Both the position numbers and the translations under genes were made by a program. A stretch of 33,117 nucleotides of DNA, taken from positions 3,349 to 36,465 of the forward strand of contig DCXE01000045.1 in NCBI GenBank assembly GCA_002328295.1, read 5' to 3'. How positions within the stretch are numbered: the first letter of the stretch is position 1; the number at the start of each line of letters is the position of its first letter. The notes beneath the pieces were generated by a model. That model saw only the letters and a program-made list of their open reading frames with translations. It did not search any database and was not told the DNA's origin. This stretch comes from Candidatus Peribacter sp. UBA2144. Lineage in GTDB: Bacteria; Patescibacteriota; Gracilibacteria; Peribacterales; Peribacteraceae. Below, piece after piece: positions 24,126 through 31,311 of this stretch.

Positions 24126-25935
24126 AGCATAGCGAAAGCCGCCCAACCTTTCGGTCAGGCGGCTACGCTCCTAAATTGGTTTCAACCGTATCGCAGGCAC
24201 AAGGCCTTTGACCGGTTGTTTTTCAGTCATCAACGATGACCTTCGTCGTGAGACCACTTAGGTCCACGTCGATGACACTGGCCACCAGGTTCTCGTCGAG
24301 CGCGGTGACGCTTTCGATGGTCAGTCTGAACGGCACGCCCATCGCCAACGGTTCGGCAAAAATGTCGACCTCAACCCACCAATCCAACGGATCATCATCG
24401 AAGATGAAGTTTCCGTTATCCGGCCAGGTGAAGGTCAAGACGCCGTTAGCGGGTTGAACCGCATTCGACATCTGAACGGCTCCGCCGTTCCCATCGTCCG
24501 CCCAGATCATCGCGGCGAACACGTTCGTCAGGTCGCCTTGGACAGAGGAATCCGTTCCAATGACGATCTCCGTAACGGTTGAGTCGACCGGCGTCGAGTA
24601 GCCCTGGGCGTTGAGCGCCCTGATAGCTATGTCGCCGGGCTCCACTACCGTTTCGAACGGCATGTCATCCGTGATGACGAACACATTAGCCGGTAGCGTC
24701 GGCGGAACGGGCGGTCCGGGCGGTTGGACTTGCGGCGGTGGATTCTGAACCACCTCCACAGTGTCGAACTGAACGTCTCCGACGATCAAGTCAACTTCGT
24801 CACCACGATACGCTCCTGCCGAGAAATCGATCAGTACGTTGTACTCCGCGCCGGTTGTAATGGCGCCCAAGTGAGCAACGTAATCCTGTTCGATCCTGAC
24901 ATTCGACACGGCTTCTGTGCTACCCACCAACTCGACACTGACGGTGTTACCCGTCGCCACTTCCACAACCTCAGTTGAGGTAATGAACGTGGGTTCCATG
25001 TCGCCAGACGGAGGATACGTAACGTTCGACCAACCAATCGTGAACACCGCATCAACTACAAGCGGATCCGTTTCGCTGTGAACGAAACGCGGTGTTCCCA
25101 GGTGCACGTCTTCTTGCACCCGTTCCCCGACGTTCTGGTTGACCCGTTGATGCGCGACTTCAACAGTATACGCAAGCGGTTCAGGATCGTCCGCCGGGAT
25201 CGGTCTAGGCAAGGTACGCGAGCCGTTCGAATTGAGGTCGTTGATTATCACCAACACATCGATAGGCGCTATCACACCATCGCCGTTGACATCAAGCGGA
25301 TTACTCGGGATCGCTGCAGACACGTTGCGCGAGCCATACGAATTGAGATCGTTTATGACCTGCAACGCATCCAGAGGCGCTACCACACCGTCGCCGTTGG
25401 TATCATTTCGGCGTCCACTCCAGACACGAATCTGCTTCGCGGCTTCGTTGTTGCTCGGATCCGTATCCGTGCCGCTAACAACCGCTTGCGCAATCAGGTC
25501 GACCAGATCATCTTCCACCAAGTCTACGCCGTAGAGTGGAAGATAAACGGACGCGGTATGCCCGTCGGGAATGTTTCCGACGGCGTTGCGCAGTTTTCCG
25601 CCAACCATCTCCCATCCGGCATCCATTGCCGGAACGCCAAGCACCAACCCTGGGGGCAGATCCGCCTCGATTATTACGTCGTTGGACTGTCCGTCGTGAC
25701 TTGTGGCCGAAAGGCGTAAGTCAACGACGTGCAAGTTCTCGACGTCAATCGGGACGGCCCAACCTAATTCCAAGTCCGCCGCGAGCATCACACGATTCTC
25801 GAGCGGCTCAAGCAACAATCTGCGTGCCGCATTTCTACGGCATTTCGTGCGACGCGCGTGCAAACTGCTCGCGCTCGCAACTCCATTTGACGATCACAAT
25901 TGTCCCTTGTTACGCATGACTCTCATCCTTTGCGA
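24126..25935. other. compositional island (~55-58% GC in sampled lines vs ~35-42% in the flanks), single gene
   Basis: Hand counts of 60-nt lines give 58% at 24241 and 55% at 25261. The flanks give 38% at 12001, 28% at 28261 and 33% at 25921. There are no word-type repeats inside. Confidence 0.75.
24223..25863 (-). CDS. secreted-type protein with two dockerin-like (EF-hand-like) repeats and a planctomycete-style N-terminal RRLLLEPLENRVMLAA motif
   Basis: NDTNGDGVVAPLDALQVINDLNSYG and DVNGDGVIAPIDVLVIINDLNSNG are encoded at nt ~25225-25407. The N-terminus is MHARRTKCRRNAARRLLLEPLENRVMLAA. There is a PPPQVQPPGPPVPP linker, and third codon positions are G/C-rich, unlike every other gene here. 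Confidence 0.8.
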   Translation of the reverse strand: MHARRTKCRRNAARRLLLEPLENRVMLAADLELGWAVPIDVENLHVVDLRLSATSHDGQSNDVIIEADLPPGLVLGVPAMDAGWEMVGGKLRNAVGNIPDGHTASVYLPLYGVDLVEDDLVDLIAQAVVSGTDTDPSNNEAAKQIRVWSGRRNDTNGDGVVAPLDALQVINDLNSYGSRNVSAAIPSNPLDVNGDGVIAPIDVLVIINDLNSNGSRTLPRPIPADDPEPLAYTVEVAHQRVNQNVGERVQEDVHLGTPRFVHSETDPLVVDAVFTIGWSNVTYPPSGDMEPTFITSTEVVEVATGNTVSVELVGSTEAVSNVRIEQDYVAHLGAITTGAEYNVLIDFSAGAYRGDEVDLIVGDVQFDTVEVVQNPPPQVQPPGPPVPPTLPANVFVITDDMPFETVVEPGDIAIRALNAQGYSTPVDSTVTEIVIGTDSSVQGDLTNVFAAMIWADDGNGGAVQMSNAVQPANGVLTFTWPDNGNFIFDDDPLDWWVEVDIFAEPLAMGVPFRLTIESVTALDENLVASVIDVDLSGLTTKVIVDD

Positions 25936-26116
25936 AAAACAATGAAACCAATAATTTATAAGGAGCGGTACTTTACAAGTGCACCTTTCCTTTAATTACT
26001 GGTCAAAACCAAAAATAGACACACACAGTAAAGTCGATTATAATACCTCGAAACCTTGTTTTGTCAATTCTATTAGAATATACTATTTCTCCTCTATTCC
26101 GCTATTGGCCTGGAAA

Positions 26117-26767
26117 TTATGAGACTAACGAGATCTTCGAGAACCAATTCTCCGGATCTTTGGCAAATTGAGCTGCAATTTCAGCTTCTTCCTCTGTAAT
26201 TGAGCCCAATTCCGTGGCTACATCCAGAAGCTGAGGCAGGCCAGAAAGAGGATGATATTTGACACCAAATTGCTGTGCCTTCTCTGCAGATTTCAAGAGT
26301 CCATAATCAAATATTGCCACTACATCCGAAACAGTGGCTTCCCCTTCTTCCCGCAAAGCCTCCACAGCAGAGACTGAACTGCCGCCTGTTGAAATCAGAT
26401 CCTCGATAAGAACTATGTGCTTCCCCGAAGACAAATCCCCTTCAATTCTCTTCTTTGCACCATGCTCTTTTGTACTCTTTCTAACATAAACAAAAGGCAA
26501 CCTTAGAAAGCTTGCAACCAATGCTCCCCATCCAATTCCAGCACTTGCAGTCCCCGCGATTACATCAGGTTCAACATGCAATGCTCGAACTCTGGATAAG
26601 AGCGCCTGCACAACAAAGTCCCTCGCGTCAGGATGGCTATATACCATTCTATTGTCACAATATATCGGAGCCTTGATTCCACTTGTCCATGTAAAAGGTG
26701 GATCAACAGAAACTTTCACTGCACCGATGTTTAGAAGTAGTTCCGCGATTCGTTTGCCATGGGGCAT
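26117..26767 (-). CDS. pyrE: orotate phosphoribosyltransferase
   Basis: PRPP-binding loop HIVLIEDLISTGGSSVSAVEAL and the N-terminal FTWTSGIKAPIYCDNR motif. Confidence 0.9.
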   Translation of the reverse strand: MPHGKRIAELLLNIGAVKVSVDPPFTWTSGIKAPIYCDNRMVYSHPDARDFVVQALLSRVRALHVEPDVIAGTASAGIGWGALVASFLRLPFVYVRKSTKEHGAKKRIEGDLSSGKHIVLIEDLISTGGSSVSAVEALREEGEATVSDVVAIFDYGLLKSAEKAQQFGVKYHPLSGLPQLLDVATELGSITEEEAEIAAQFAKDPENWFSKISLVS

Positions 26768-26784
26768 AGGATTGGGGGGTAGAT

Positions 26785-26805
26785 CTTAGAACTTAGAACT
26801 TAGGG
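26785..26805. repeat. tandem word repeat cttagaa x3
   Basis: cttagaacttagaacttaggg. Confidence 0.7.
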
Positions 26806-26854
26806 ATTTGATCATACATCGACTGATCTCTCTTCTGCAATTGCCAAACTTTAT

Positions 26855-26880
26855 CTACTGCACTACTGCGCTATTGCGCC
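26855..26880. repeat. tandem word repeat ctactgcg(c) family (also at 7388-7412)
   Basis: ctactgcactactgcgctattgcgcc. Confidence 0.65.
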
Positions 26881-26895
26881 TATTATATAAGTCAA

Positions 26896-27609
26896 ATGAT
26901 CCCATCTGAACATGAATCAAAGCTCAGGCGATTAAACCAAATCTTCCTCGAAGAGAACCAGAAACTTAATCTATCCGCTTTCCGTGAGGAGGAACAAAGC
27001 TGGGTTGGAAATATAGAGGACTCATTATCAATATTAGACTCCCCTCTCCTTTTAGGAGAGGGTAAGCCTGTCCTGAGCGAAGCCGAAGGAGGGGTGAGGT
27101 CGTTAAAAATTCTCGACCTCGGCACAGGCGGAGGCTTCCCTCTCCTGCCCTTAGCCATATGCCAACCTGAATCTAAACTGACCGGACTTGATTCAACCAA
27201 TAAAAAAATCTCTGCAGTTGAACGAATTACAAAAGAACTTAGTCTGACCAATGTCGATCTGATATCCGGAAGAGCGGAAGAATTGGGACGTGATCCGGAG
27301 CATCGTGAGCAATATGACCTAATACTCTCGAGAGCAGTCGCGGGAACAAATACTCTTCTTGAACTCTGCGCACCGTTTGCAAAAGTCAAAGGAAAAATAG
27401 TTTTCTGGAAAAGTATGAAGATAGATAAAGAACTAGAAGACTCACTGATGGCAAGGGCAGAACTTACATGCCATCTGATAGATCAATATGAATATGAATT
27501 GCCGGAACCTTTCGGCAAACGCCAGCTTCTGGTTTTCGAAAAAACTTCTCCAACTCCAGATAAATATCCTCGCAAAATCGGCGAACCTAAAAAGAAACCC
27601 ATCACCTAA
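26896..27609 (+). CDS. rsmG: 16S rRNA (guanine527-N7)-methyltransferase RsmG (GidB), carrying a ~21-codon in-frame insertion
   Basis: DSL...ILDLGTGGGFPLLPLAI SAM motif, SGRAEELG, YDLILSRAVA. Confidence 0.88.
   Translation: MIPSEHESKLRRLNQIFLEENQKLNLSAFREEEQSWVGNIEDSLSILDSPLLLGEGKPVLSEAEGGVRSLKILDLGTGGGFPLLPLAICQPESKLTGLDSTNKKISAVERITKELSLTNVDLISGRAEELGRDPEHREQYDLILSRAVAGTNTLLELCAPFAKVKGKIVFWKSMKIDKELEDSLMARAELTCHLIDQYEYELPEPFGKRQLLVFEKTSPTPDKYPRKIGEPKKKPIT
27040..27102. repeat. REP/MITE-like palindromic element inside the rsmG reading frame
   Basis: tcccctctccttttaggagagggtaagcctgtcctgagcgaagccgaaggaggggtgaggtcg. It has a perfect 8-bp hairpin, ccctctcc/ggagaggg. The tcctgagcgaagccgaagga core resembles the 14117 and 33007 elements. 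Confidence 0.65.
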
Positions 27610-27638
27610 CCCTAGCCCTAGCCCTCACCCTAACCCTA
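27605..27638. repeat. tandem word repeat ccctag/ccctaa
   Basis: cctaaccctagccctagccctcaccctaaccctaa, overlapping the rsmG stop. Confidence 0.75.
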
Positions 27639-27642
27639 ATAA

Positions 27643-28221
27643 ATGCCTAAGAGATATACTCCAAATGATGAGCTGAGTCAGAAAGCTAAAGCCGAAGGCT
27701 ACCGCGCAAGATCAGTTTATAAACTCAAAGAGCTTGATGAGAAGTTCAATCTGATTAAACCCGGTATGACTGTTCTTGACCTTGGAGCCGCTCCGGGCAG
27801 TTGGTTGCAATACGCAAAAGAAAAAGTTGGACCTAAGGGCAAAGTTATCGGAGTTGATTTACAAGAAATTGAACCGATAGAAGGAATCGAAACAATCAAA
27901 GCAGATATAACCGAACCTACCTTACTTACCTTACCTACCATACCTAAATCTATTGACCTAATATTATCCGATCTTGCCCCCTCAACCAGTGGAGTAAAAG
28001 ACGTAGATCAGTGGAGATCAATAGAATTAAATCAGGCAGTTGAAAAAATTGCTGAGCAAGCCTTAAAGCCAGGAGGCGTCTGCGTAATGAAAGTGTTCAG
28101 AGGAGCTGACTTTGATGATTTCCTCAGAAGCCTTAAAACCAAGTGGGAAACAGTCAAAACAGCTCAGGTAAAGGCTTCGCGGGATAGGAGTCGGGAGATT
28201 TATATTCTGATAGCAAATTGA
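27643..28221 (+). CDS. rlmE: 23S rRNA (uridine2552-2'-O)-methyltransferase RlmE (FtsJ)
   Basis: RSVYKLKELDEKF, VLDLGAAPGSWLQY, ILSDLAPSTSG, VMKVFRG, ASRDRSREIYIL. Confidence 0.9.
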   Translation: MPKRYTPNDELSQKAKAEGYRARSVYKLKELDEKFNLIKPGMTVLDLGAAPGSWLQYAKEKVGPKGKVIGVDLQEIEPIEGIETIKADITEPTLLTLPTIPKSIDLILSDLAPSTSGVKDVDQWRSIELNQAVEKIAEQALKPGGVCVMKVFRGADFDDFLRSLKTKWETVKTAQVKASRDRSREIYILIAN

Positions 28222-28246
28222 CAATTGACAATGAACAATGGACAAT
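28218..28246 (+). promoter_or_regulatory. promoter-like TTGACA-N17-GACAAT, 8 nt upstream of ATG 28255
   Basis: TTGACA at 28218-28223, a 17-nt spacer, GACAAT at 28241-28246, then tacctgctATG. Confidence 0.5.
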
Positions 28247-28250
28247 TACC
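28218..28250. repeat. caattgaca word array, left inverted arm flanking the four-helix-bundle gene
   Basis: ttgacaattgacaatgaacaatggacaattacc is the reverse complement (imperfect) of 28641-28675. Confidence 0.8.
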
Positions 28251-28254
28251 TGCT

Positions 28255-28629
28255 ATGAAAAAAACAAACCCATTGCAGGTAAAGAGCTTTAAATTTGCAT
28301 TAAATATAATCGAAATTTATAAACAACTCATCAAAGAAAAGGAATTTGTCATGAGTAAGCAATTACTAAGATCAGGTACAAGTATTGGCGCAAATATTGA
28401 AGAAGCTCTACAAGCCCAATCAAAGAAAGATTTTATTCACAAGTTATCAATTGCACTCAAAGAAGCACAAGAAACTGGTTATTGGATCAAGCTGCTCAAA
28501 GAGAGTTCAATTTTGGATAAAGAGAAGGCAACAGATTTATTTATTCAAGCTAAGGAATTAATGAAAATGCTCACAGCTATTATAAAGACGTCTAAAAGCA
28601 ATATCCTTAAACAATCTATCGAACATTAA
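28255..28629 (+). CDS. four-helix-bundle protein (23S rRNA intervening-sequence protein family, TIGR02436-like)
   Basis: FKFALNIIEIYKQL...LLRSGTSIGANIEEA...KDFIHKLSIALKEAQETGYWIKLL is the family signature as I recall it. The start is set at ATG 28255 because the upstream codons are translated repeat. Confidence 0.8.
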   Translation: MKKTNPLQVKSFKFALNIIEIYKQLIKEKEFVMSKQLLRSGTSIGANIEEALQAQSKKDFIHKLSIALKEAQETGYWIKLLKESSILDKEKATDLFIQAKELMKMLTAIIKTSKSNILKQSIEH

Positions 28630-28640
28630 ATTCGAGTCTC

Positions 28641-28675
28641 CAATTGTCAATTGTCAATTGTCCATTGTCAATTCA
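28641..28675. repeat. caattgtca word array, right inverted arm
   Basis: caattgtcaattgtcaattgtccattgtcaattca. Confidence 0.8.
28644..28672 (+). promoter_or_regulatory. promoter-like TTGTCA-N17-GTCAAT, 7 nt upstream of ATG 28680
   Basis: TTGTCA at 28644-28649, a 17-nt spacer, GTCAAT at 28667-28672, then tcagactATG. Confidence 0.45.
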
Positions 28676-28679
28676 GACT

Positions 28680-29456
28680 ATGAACAACGACTTCCATCTT
28701 ATGATCACTCTTAAAAACGTCAGCAAAGTATTCAAGAAGCAAGCCGTGCTCGAGGACATTTCGCTCAAAATTAAACCTGGCGAGTTTGTTTGCATAGTCG
28801 GCCCTAGCGGAGCCGGCAAATCGACTTTGATTCATATACTTGCCGGAGCCGAAAAGATTACAACTGGAACCATTGAGTTTGACGGGGTCAACTTGAGGAT
28901 TGTTCCTCCATTGGCTCTTAGATTTTTCAAAAGGAGGATTGGAGTTGTGTTTCAAAACTACAGGTTGCTTAGTAAACGTACTGTTGCAGAAAACATCGCA
29001 TACCCTCTGGAAGTCTGCGGAGCTCCGGAGAATTTGATCAAAGCAAGAGTGGAAGGACTTCTTGAAAAGATGCATATGAAACGAAGAGCAAATGCTCTTC
29101 CCCGCGAACTTTCCGGAGGAGAACTTGCCCGCACTGCAATTGCAAGAGCTATTGCACATGGACCTATAGTCCTTTTGGTAGATGAGCCAACGGGCAATCT
29201 GGATCCTGATCAGTCACTTAAGGTTCTTAAACTTCTAAAACAAATCAACAAAGATGGTACAACAGTTGTACTTGCAACTCACGATTTGGAATTGGTTAAA
29301 CAAGTTAAAGGAAGGATTATTTTGATTGAAGATGGAAAGATCACAAAAGATGCAAAACCGCGAGCTTCCAAGAAACATGAGACAGAACCCACTCCAGTTC
29401 AGACTAAATCCAAATCTAAGTCCAAGAAAGTTAAAGTGACGGCTCTGGGATCTTAA
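28680..29456 (+). CDS. ftsE: FtsE-like cell-division ABC ATPase with a Lys-rich C-terminal tail (alternative start ATG 28701 aligns with E. coli FtsE Met1)
   Basis: MITLKNVSKVF..., Walker A GPSGAGKST, signature LSGGELARTAIARAI, Walker B LLVDEPTGNLD. No ftsX is adjacent. Confidence 0.82.
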   Translation: MNNDFHLMITLKNVSKVFKKQAVLEDISLKIKPGEFVCIVGPSGAGKSTLIHILAGAEKITTGTIEFDGVNLRIVPPLALRFFKRRIGVVFQNYRLLSKRTVAENIAYPLEVCGAPENLIKARVEGLLEKMHMKRRANALPRELSGGELARTAIARAIAHGPIVLLVDEPTGNLDPDQSLKVLKLLKQINKDGTTVVLATHDLELVKQVKGRIILIEDGKITKDAKPRASKKHETEPTPVQTKSKSKSKKVKVTALGS

Positions 29457-29603
29457 TATTTGTAATTTTCAATTTAAAATTTGCAATTTTCATTCAATTT
29501 TCAATTATTAATGTTTAATTTCTAAATAGTATGGATTTGGAAATTGTAAATTGGATCTTGAATGATAATTCAAAATTGAAAATTAAAAATTTATTCGTTC
29601 TCT
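29457..29603. repeat. AT-rich word-type inverted repeat (aattttcaatt / aattgaaaatt words)
   Basis: gtaattttcaatttaaaatttgcaattttcattcaattttcaatt faces aattcaaaattgaaaattaaaaattt. Confidence 0.7.
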
Positions 29604-30056
29604 CTAATTTCCTGCCGAATTGTCTTCAATATTACTAACAACGTCCTCTTTGGGCTTCTCCTCACCAATCACCTTCTCTGCTTTCGAAGGAAAGAATCTA
29701 ATCAAAGCTCCGCAAACAACAAGGAAGTAAACCATTTCCGGAACTAAAATGTTCCAAGACGTATTTCCTTGCGCTATCAGAATTAAATCGACTACAAAGC
29801 GTGCCAGATGATAAAGAATCAGAACTATGATTAAGTTTACGTACTTAATAGGCTGCAGAAATGCGAGCGCAGTTGCGATCGCAATAACTACAAGAAGTGA
29901 TCCACCTACCATAGAGAGGTATCTATGCATTGCATCAAGCTCAACCAGATCGTAAATATCCAACAGCATCTGTGATGTGAAAAGCATTGCATACGCGAAA
30001 TAGAGCGTAAATATGAAGGCGATGGCTAGTGTCAGCCTGAGGGATCTTGTGTGCAT
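29604..30056 (-). CDS. hypothetical integral membrane protein (4 TM)
   Basis: 150 aa with four hydrophobic spans and an acidic/Lys C-terminal tail. Confidence 0.5.
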   Translation of the reverse strand: MHTRSLRLTLAIAFIFTLYFAYAMLFTSQMLLDIYDLVELDAMHRYLSMVGGSLLVVIAIATALAFLQPIKYVNLIIVLILYHLARFVVDLILIAQGNTSWNILVPEMVYFLVVCGALIRFFPSKAEKVIGEEKPKEDVVSNIEDNSAGN

Positions 30057-30062
30057 AGGGTA

Positions 30063-30068
30063 AGTTTA
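30063..30068 (-). promoter_or_regulatory. -10-like TAAACT, 6 nt upstream of ATG 30056
   Basis: The minus strand reads caatgTAAACTtaccctATG. Confidence 0.35.
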
Positions 30069-30076
30069 CATTGATG

Positions 30077-30168
30077 AGTTAAAAGTGAATAGTGAATAGT
30101 TAATAGTGGCTGAAATGATTGGTTCTCTTTAGTAACTTTTCACTATTCACTATTAACTATTCACTTTT
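30077..30168. repeat. word-type inverted repeat (agtgaat / attcact words), same family as 20947-21041
   Basis: agttaaaagtgaatagtgaatagttaatagtg faces cactattcactattaactattcactttt. Confidence 0.85.
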
Positions 30169-30196
30169 TTACAAGACATCTTTGGCAATATCCAGC

Positions 30197-30202
30197 TACA
30201 AT
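30197..30202 (+). promoter_or_regulatory. -10 box TACAAT, 6 nt upstream of ATG 30209
   Basis: ccagctacaatacacccATG. Confidence 0.45.
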
Positions 30203-30208
30203 ACACCC

Positions 30209-31255
30209 ATGACCACATATGCCGACTCGGGCGTTAACATAGAGGAAGGCGACAAAGCCTCCAAAAAAGCTTATGAACACGCATCCTCAACTTTTGCCTC
30301 ACGCAAAGGAATGATAGGAGAACCGGTGCAAGAGGAGAACGGATACGCAGGATTTTTGGACATGGAAGATTATTATCTGGTCCAAAGTGATGACTCAACG
30401 GGCTCCAAAATTGATCTGGCCTTCGAAGTCGGCGATCTTGGTACACTTGGATATGATCTGACTGCGATGGTCGCAGATGATGCGGTTTGTGTTGGAGCAG
30501 AACCAGTAAGCATTTCTAATACGCTTGATGTTCCAAAGATTGATTCCGATGAAGTTGATGCATTGATGGGCGGGCTCGCTAAGGCATGTTCTGAACAGAA
30601 GATCGTAGTTCCGGCAGGAGAAATCGCGGAAGTTCCGGGAGCAGTTTCCAAAGGCGTGTGGAGTGCAACAGTTATTGGAGTTGTGGAGAAGGACAAAGTC
30701 CTTAAGCCCGAGACGATTGAAGAAGATGATGTTATTCTGACTCTTAAGTCGGGTGTCGCACGTTCAAATGGATTCTCTCTGATCAGAAAAATACTGACTG
30801 ATAAGTTCGGTGATGATTGGGGAAATCAAGAACTTACAAAAACAATGCTTACTCCAAGTATTGTTTATTCAAAAGCTATCCTCGGTTTAATTGGACGTTA
30901 CAAAGAGGAAAGAAAAGTAAATATTAAAGGAATCGCACACATCACGGGGGGAGGAATTCCAAGCAAACTTGGAAGAGTTTTGAAGCCTTCTGGTAAGGGA
31001 GCTGAACTTACTGATCTTTTCGAGCCTCACAACGCGCTTAAAGAATTGATTGAACTTGGAGAGGTCCCGACCGAAGAAGCTTACAAAACATGGAACATGG
31101 GCAACGGCATGATGCTTGTTGTTTCTCCTGATGAAGTCGATAAGGCTACTACATTACTAAAGGCTGAAGGAGTGGATGCAAAGAAAGCTGGACTTATAAC
31201 TGCAGATCAAGGGGTCCATATTTCCGCTTACGTAGGGGATAAACTGAAGTTCTAG
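30209..31255 (+). CDS. purM: phosphoribosylformylglycinamidine cyclo-ligase (AIR synthetase) PurM-like
   Basis: YADSGVNIEEGDKA, DDSTGSK (DGVGTK-like), GYDLTAMVADDAVCVGAEP, AHITGGGIPSKL, WNMGNGMMLVV. The start is set at ATG 30209 because the ORF-track N-terminus is translated repeat. Confidence 0.88.
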   Translation: MTTYADSGVNIEEGDKASKKAYEHASSTFASRKGMIGEPVQEENGYAGFLDMEDYYLVQSDDSTGSKIDLAFEVGDLGTLGYDLTAMVADDAVCVGAEPVSISNTLDVPKIDSDEVDALMGGLAKACSEQKIVVPAGEIAEVPGAVSKGVWSATVIGVVEKDKVLKPETIEEDDVILTLKSGVARSNGFSLIRKILTDKFGDDWGNQELTKTMLTPSIVYSKAILGLIGRYKEERKVNIKGIAHITGGGIPSKLGRVLKPSGKGAELTDLFEPHNALKELIELGEVPTEEAYKTWNMGNGMMLVVSPDEVDKATTLLKAEGVDAKKAGLITADQGVHISAYVGDKLKF

Positions 31256-31311
31256 CTGTTTCGCAACTTAAAAACTTTGAAAGATAAAATCACTTCTTGT
31301 AGCCTTAAAGG

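Noticed and set aside
24131-25940. Short direct repeat (gcgaaa) at both island borders, considered as a target-site duplication.
   Set aside because: Only ~6 nt are shared, which is well within chance. No integrase, tRNA or inverted terminal repeats are present, so the insertion mechanism is unresolved.
24236-25945. Several plus-strand ORFs (25078..25719, 25536..25919 etc.) opposite the dockerin-repeat gene.
   Set aside because: High-GC DNA gives long stop-free antisense frames. Their products are Arg-rich, which is typical of antisense translation, and only the minus-strand frame has recognisable repeats and motifs.
27605-27638. Telomere-like CCCTAA/CCCTAG repeats.
   Set aside because: This is an internal 34-nt array between two housekeeping genes in a bacterial context. 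It is one more member of the spacer word-repeat phenomenon and not a chromosome end.
27903-27950. Word-like repeat (taccttac units) inside the rlmE coding sequence, considered as a second in-frame repeat insertion.
   Set aside because: The corresponding protein segment (TEPTLLTLPTIPKS) is not longer than the equivalent E. coli RlmE segment, so there is no evidence for an insertion. It may be a replaced or diverged loop, but I cannot support more.
21802-30208. N-terminal extensions in the ORF track for UDG (21802), the four-helix-bundle gene (28225), ftsE (28644) and purM (30119).
   Set aside because: The extra codons are translations of stop-free word repeats (e.g. MIIVIQFSILHSQFSILNS, MSIVNCPLSIQT). 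Family alignments and -10 boxes support the internal ATGs at 21865, 28255, 28680 or 28701, and 30209.
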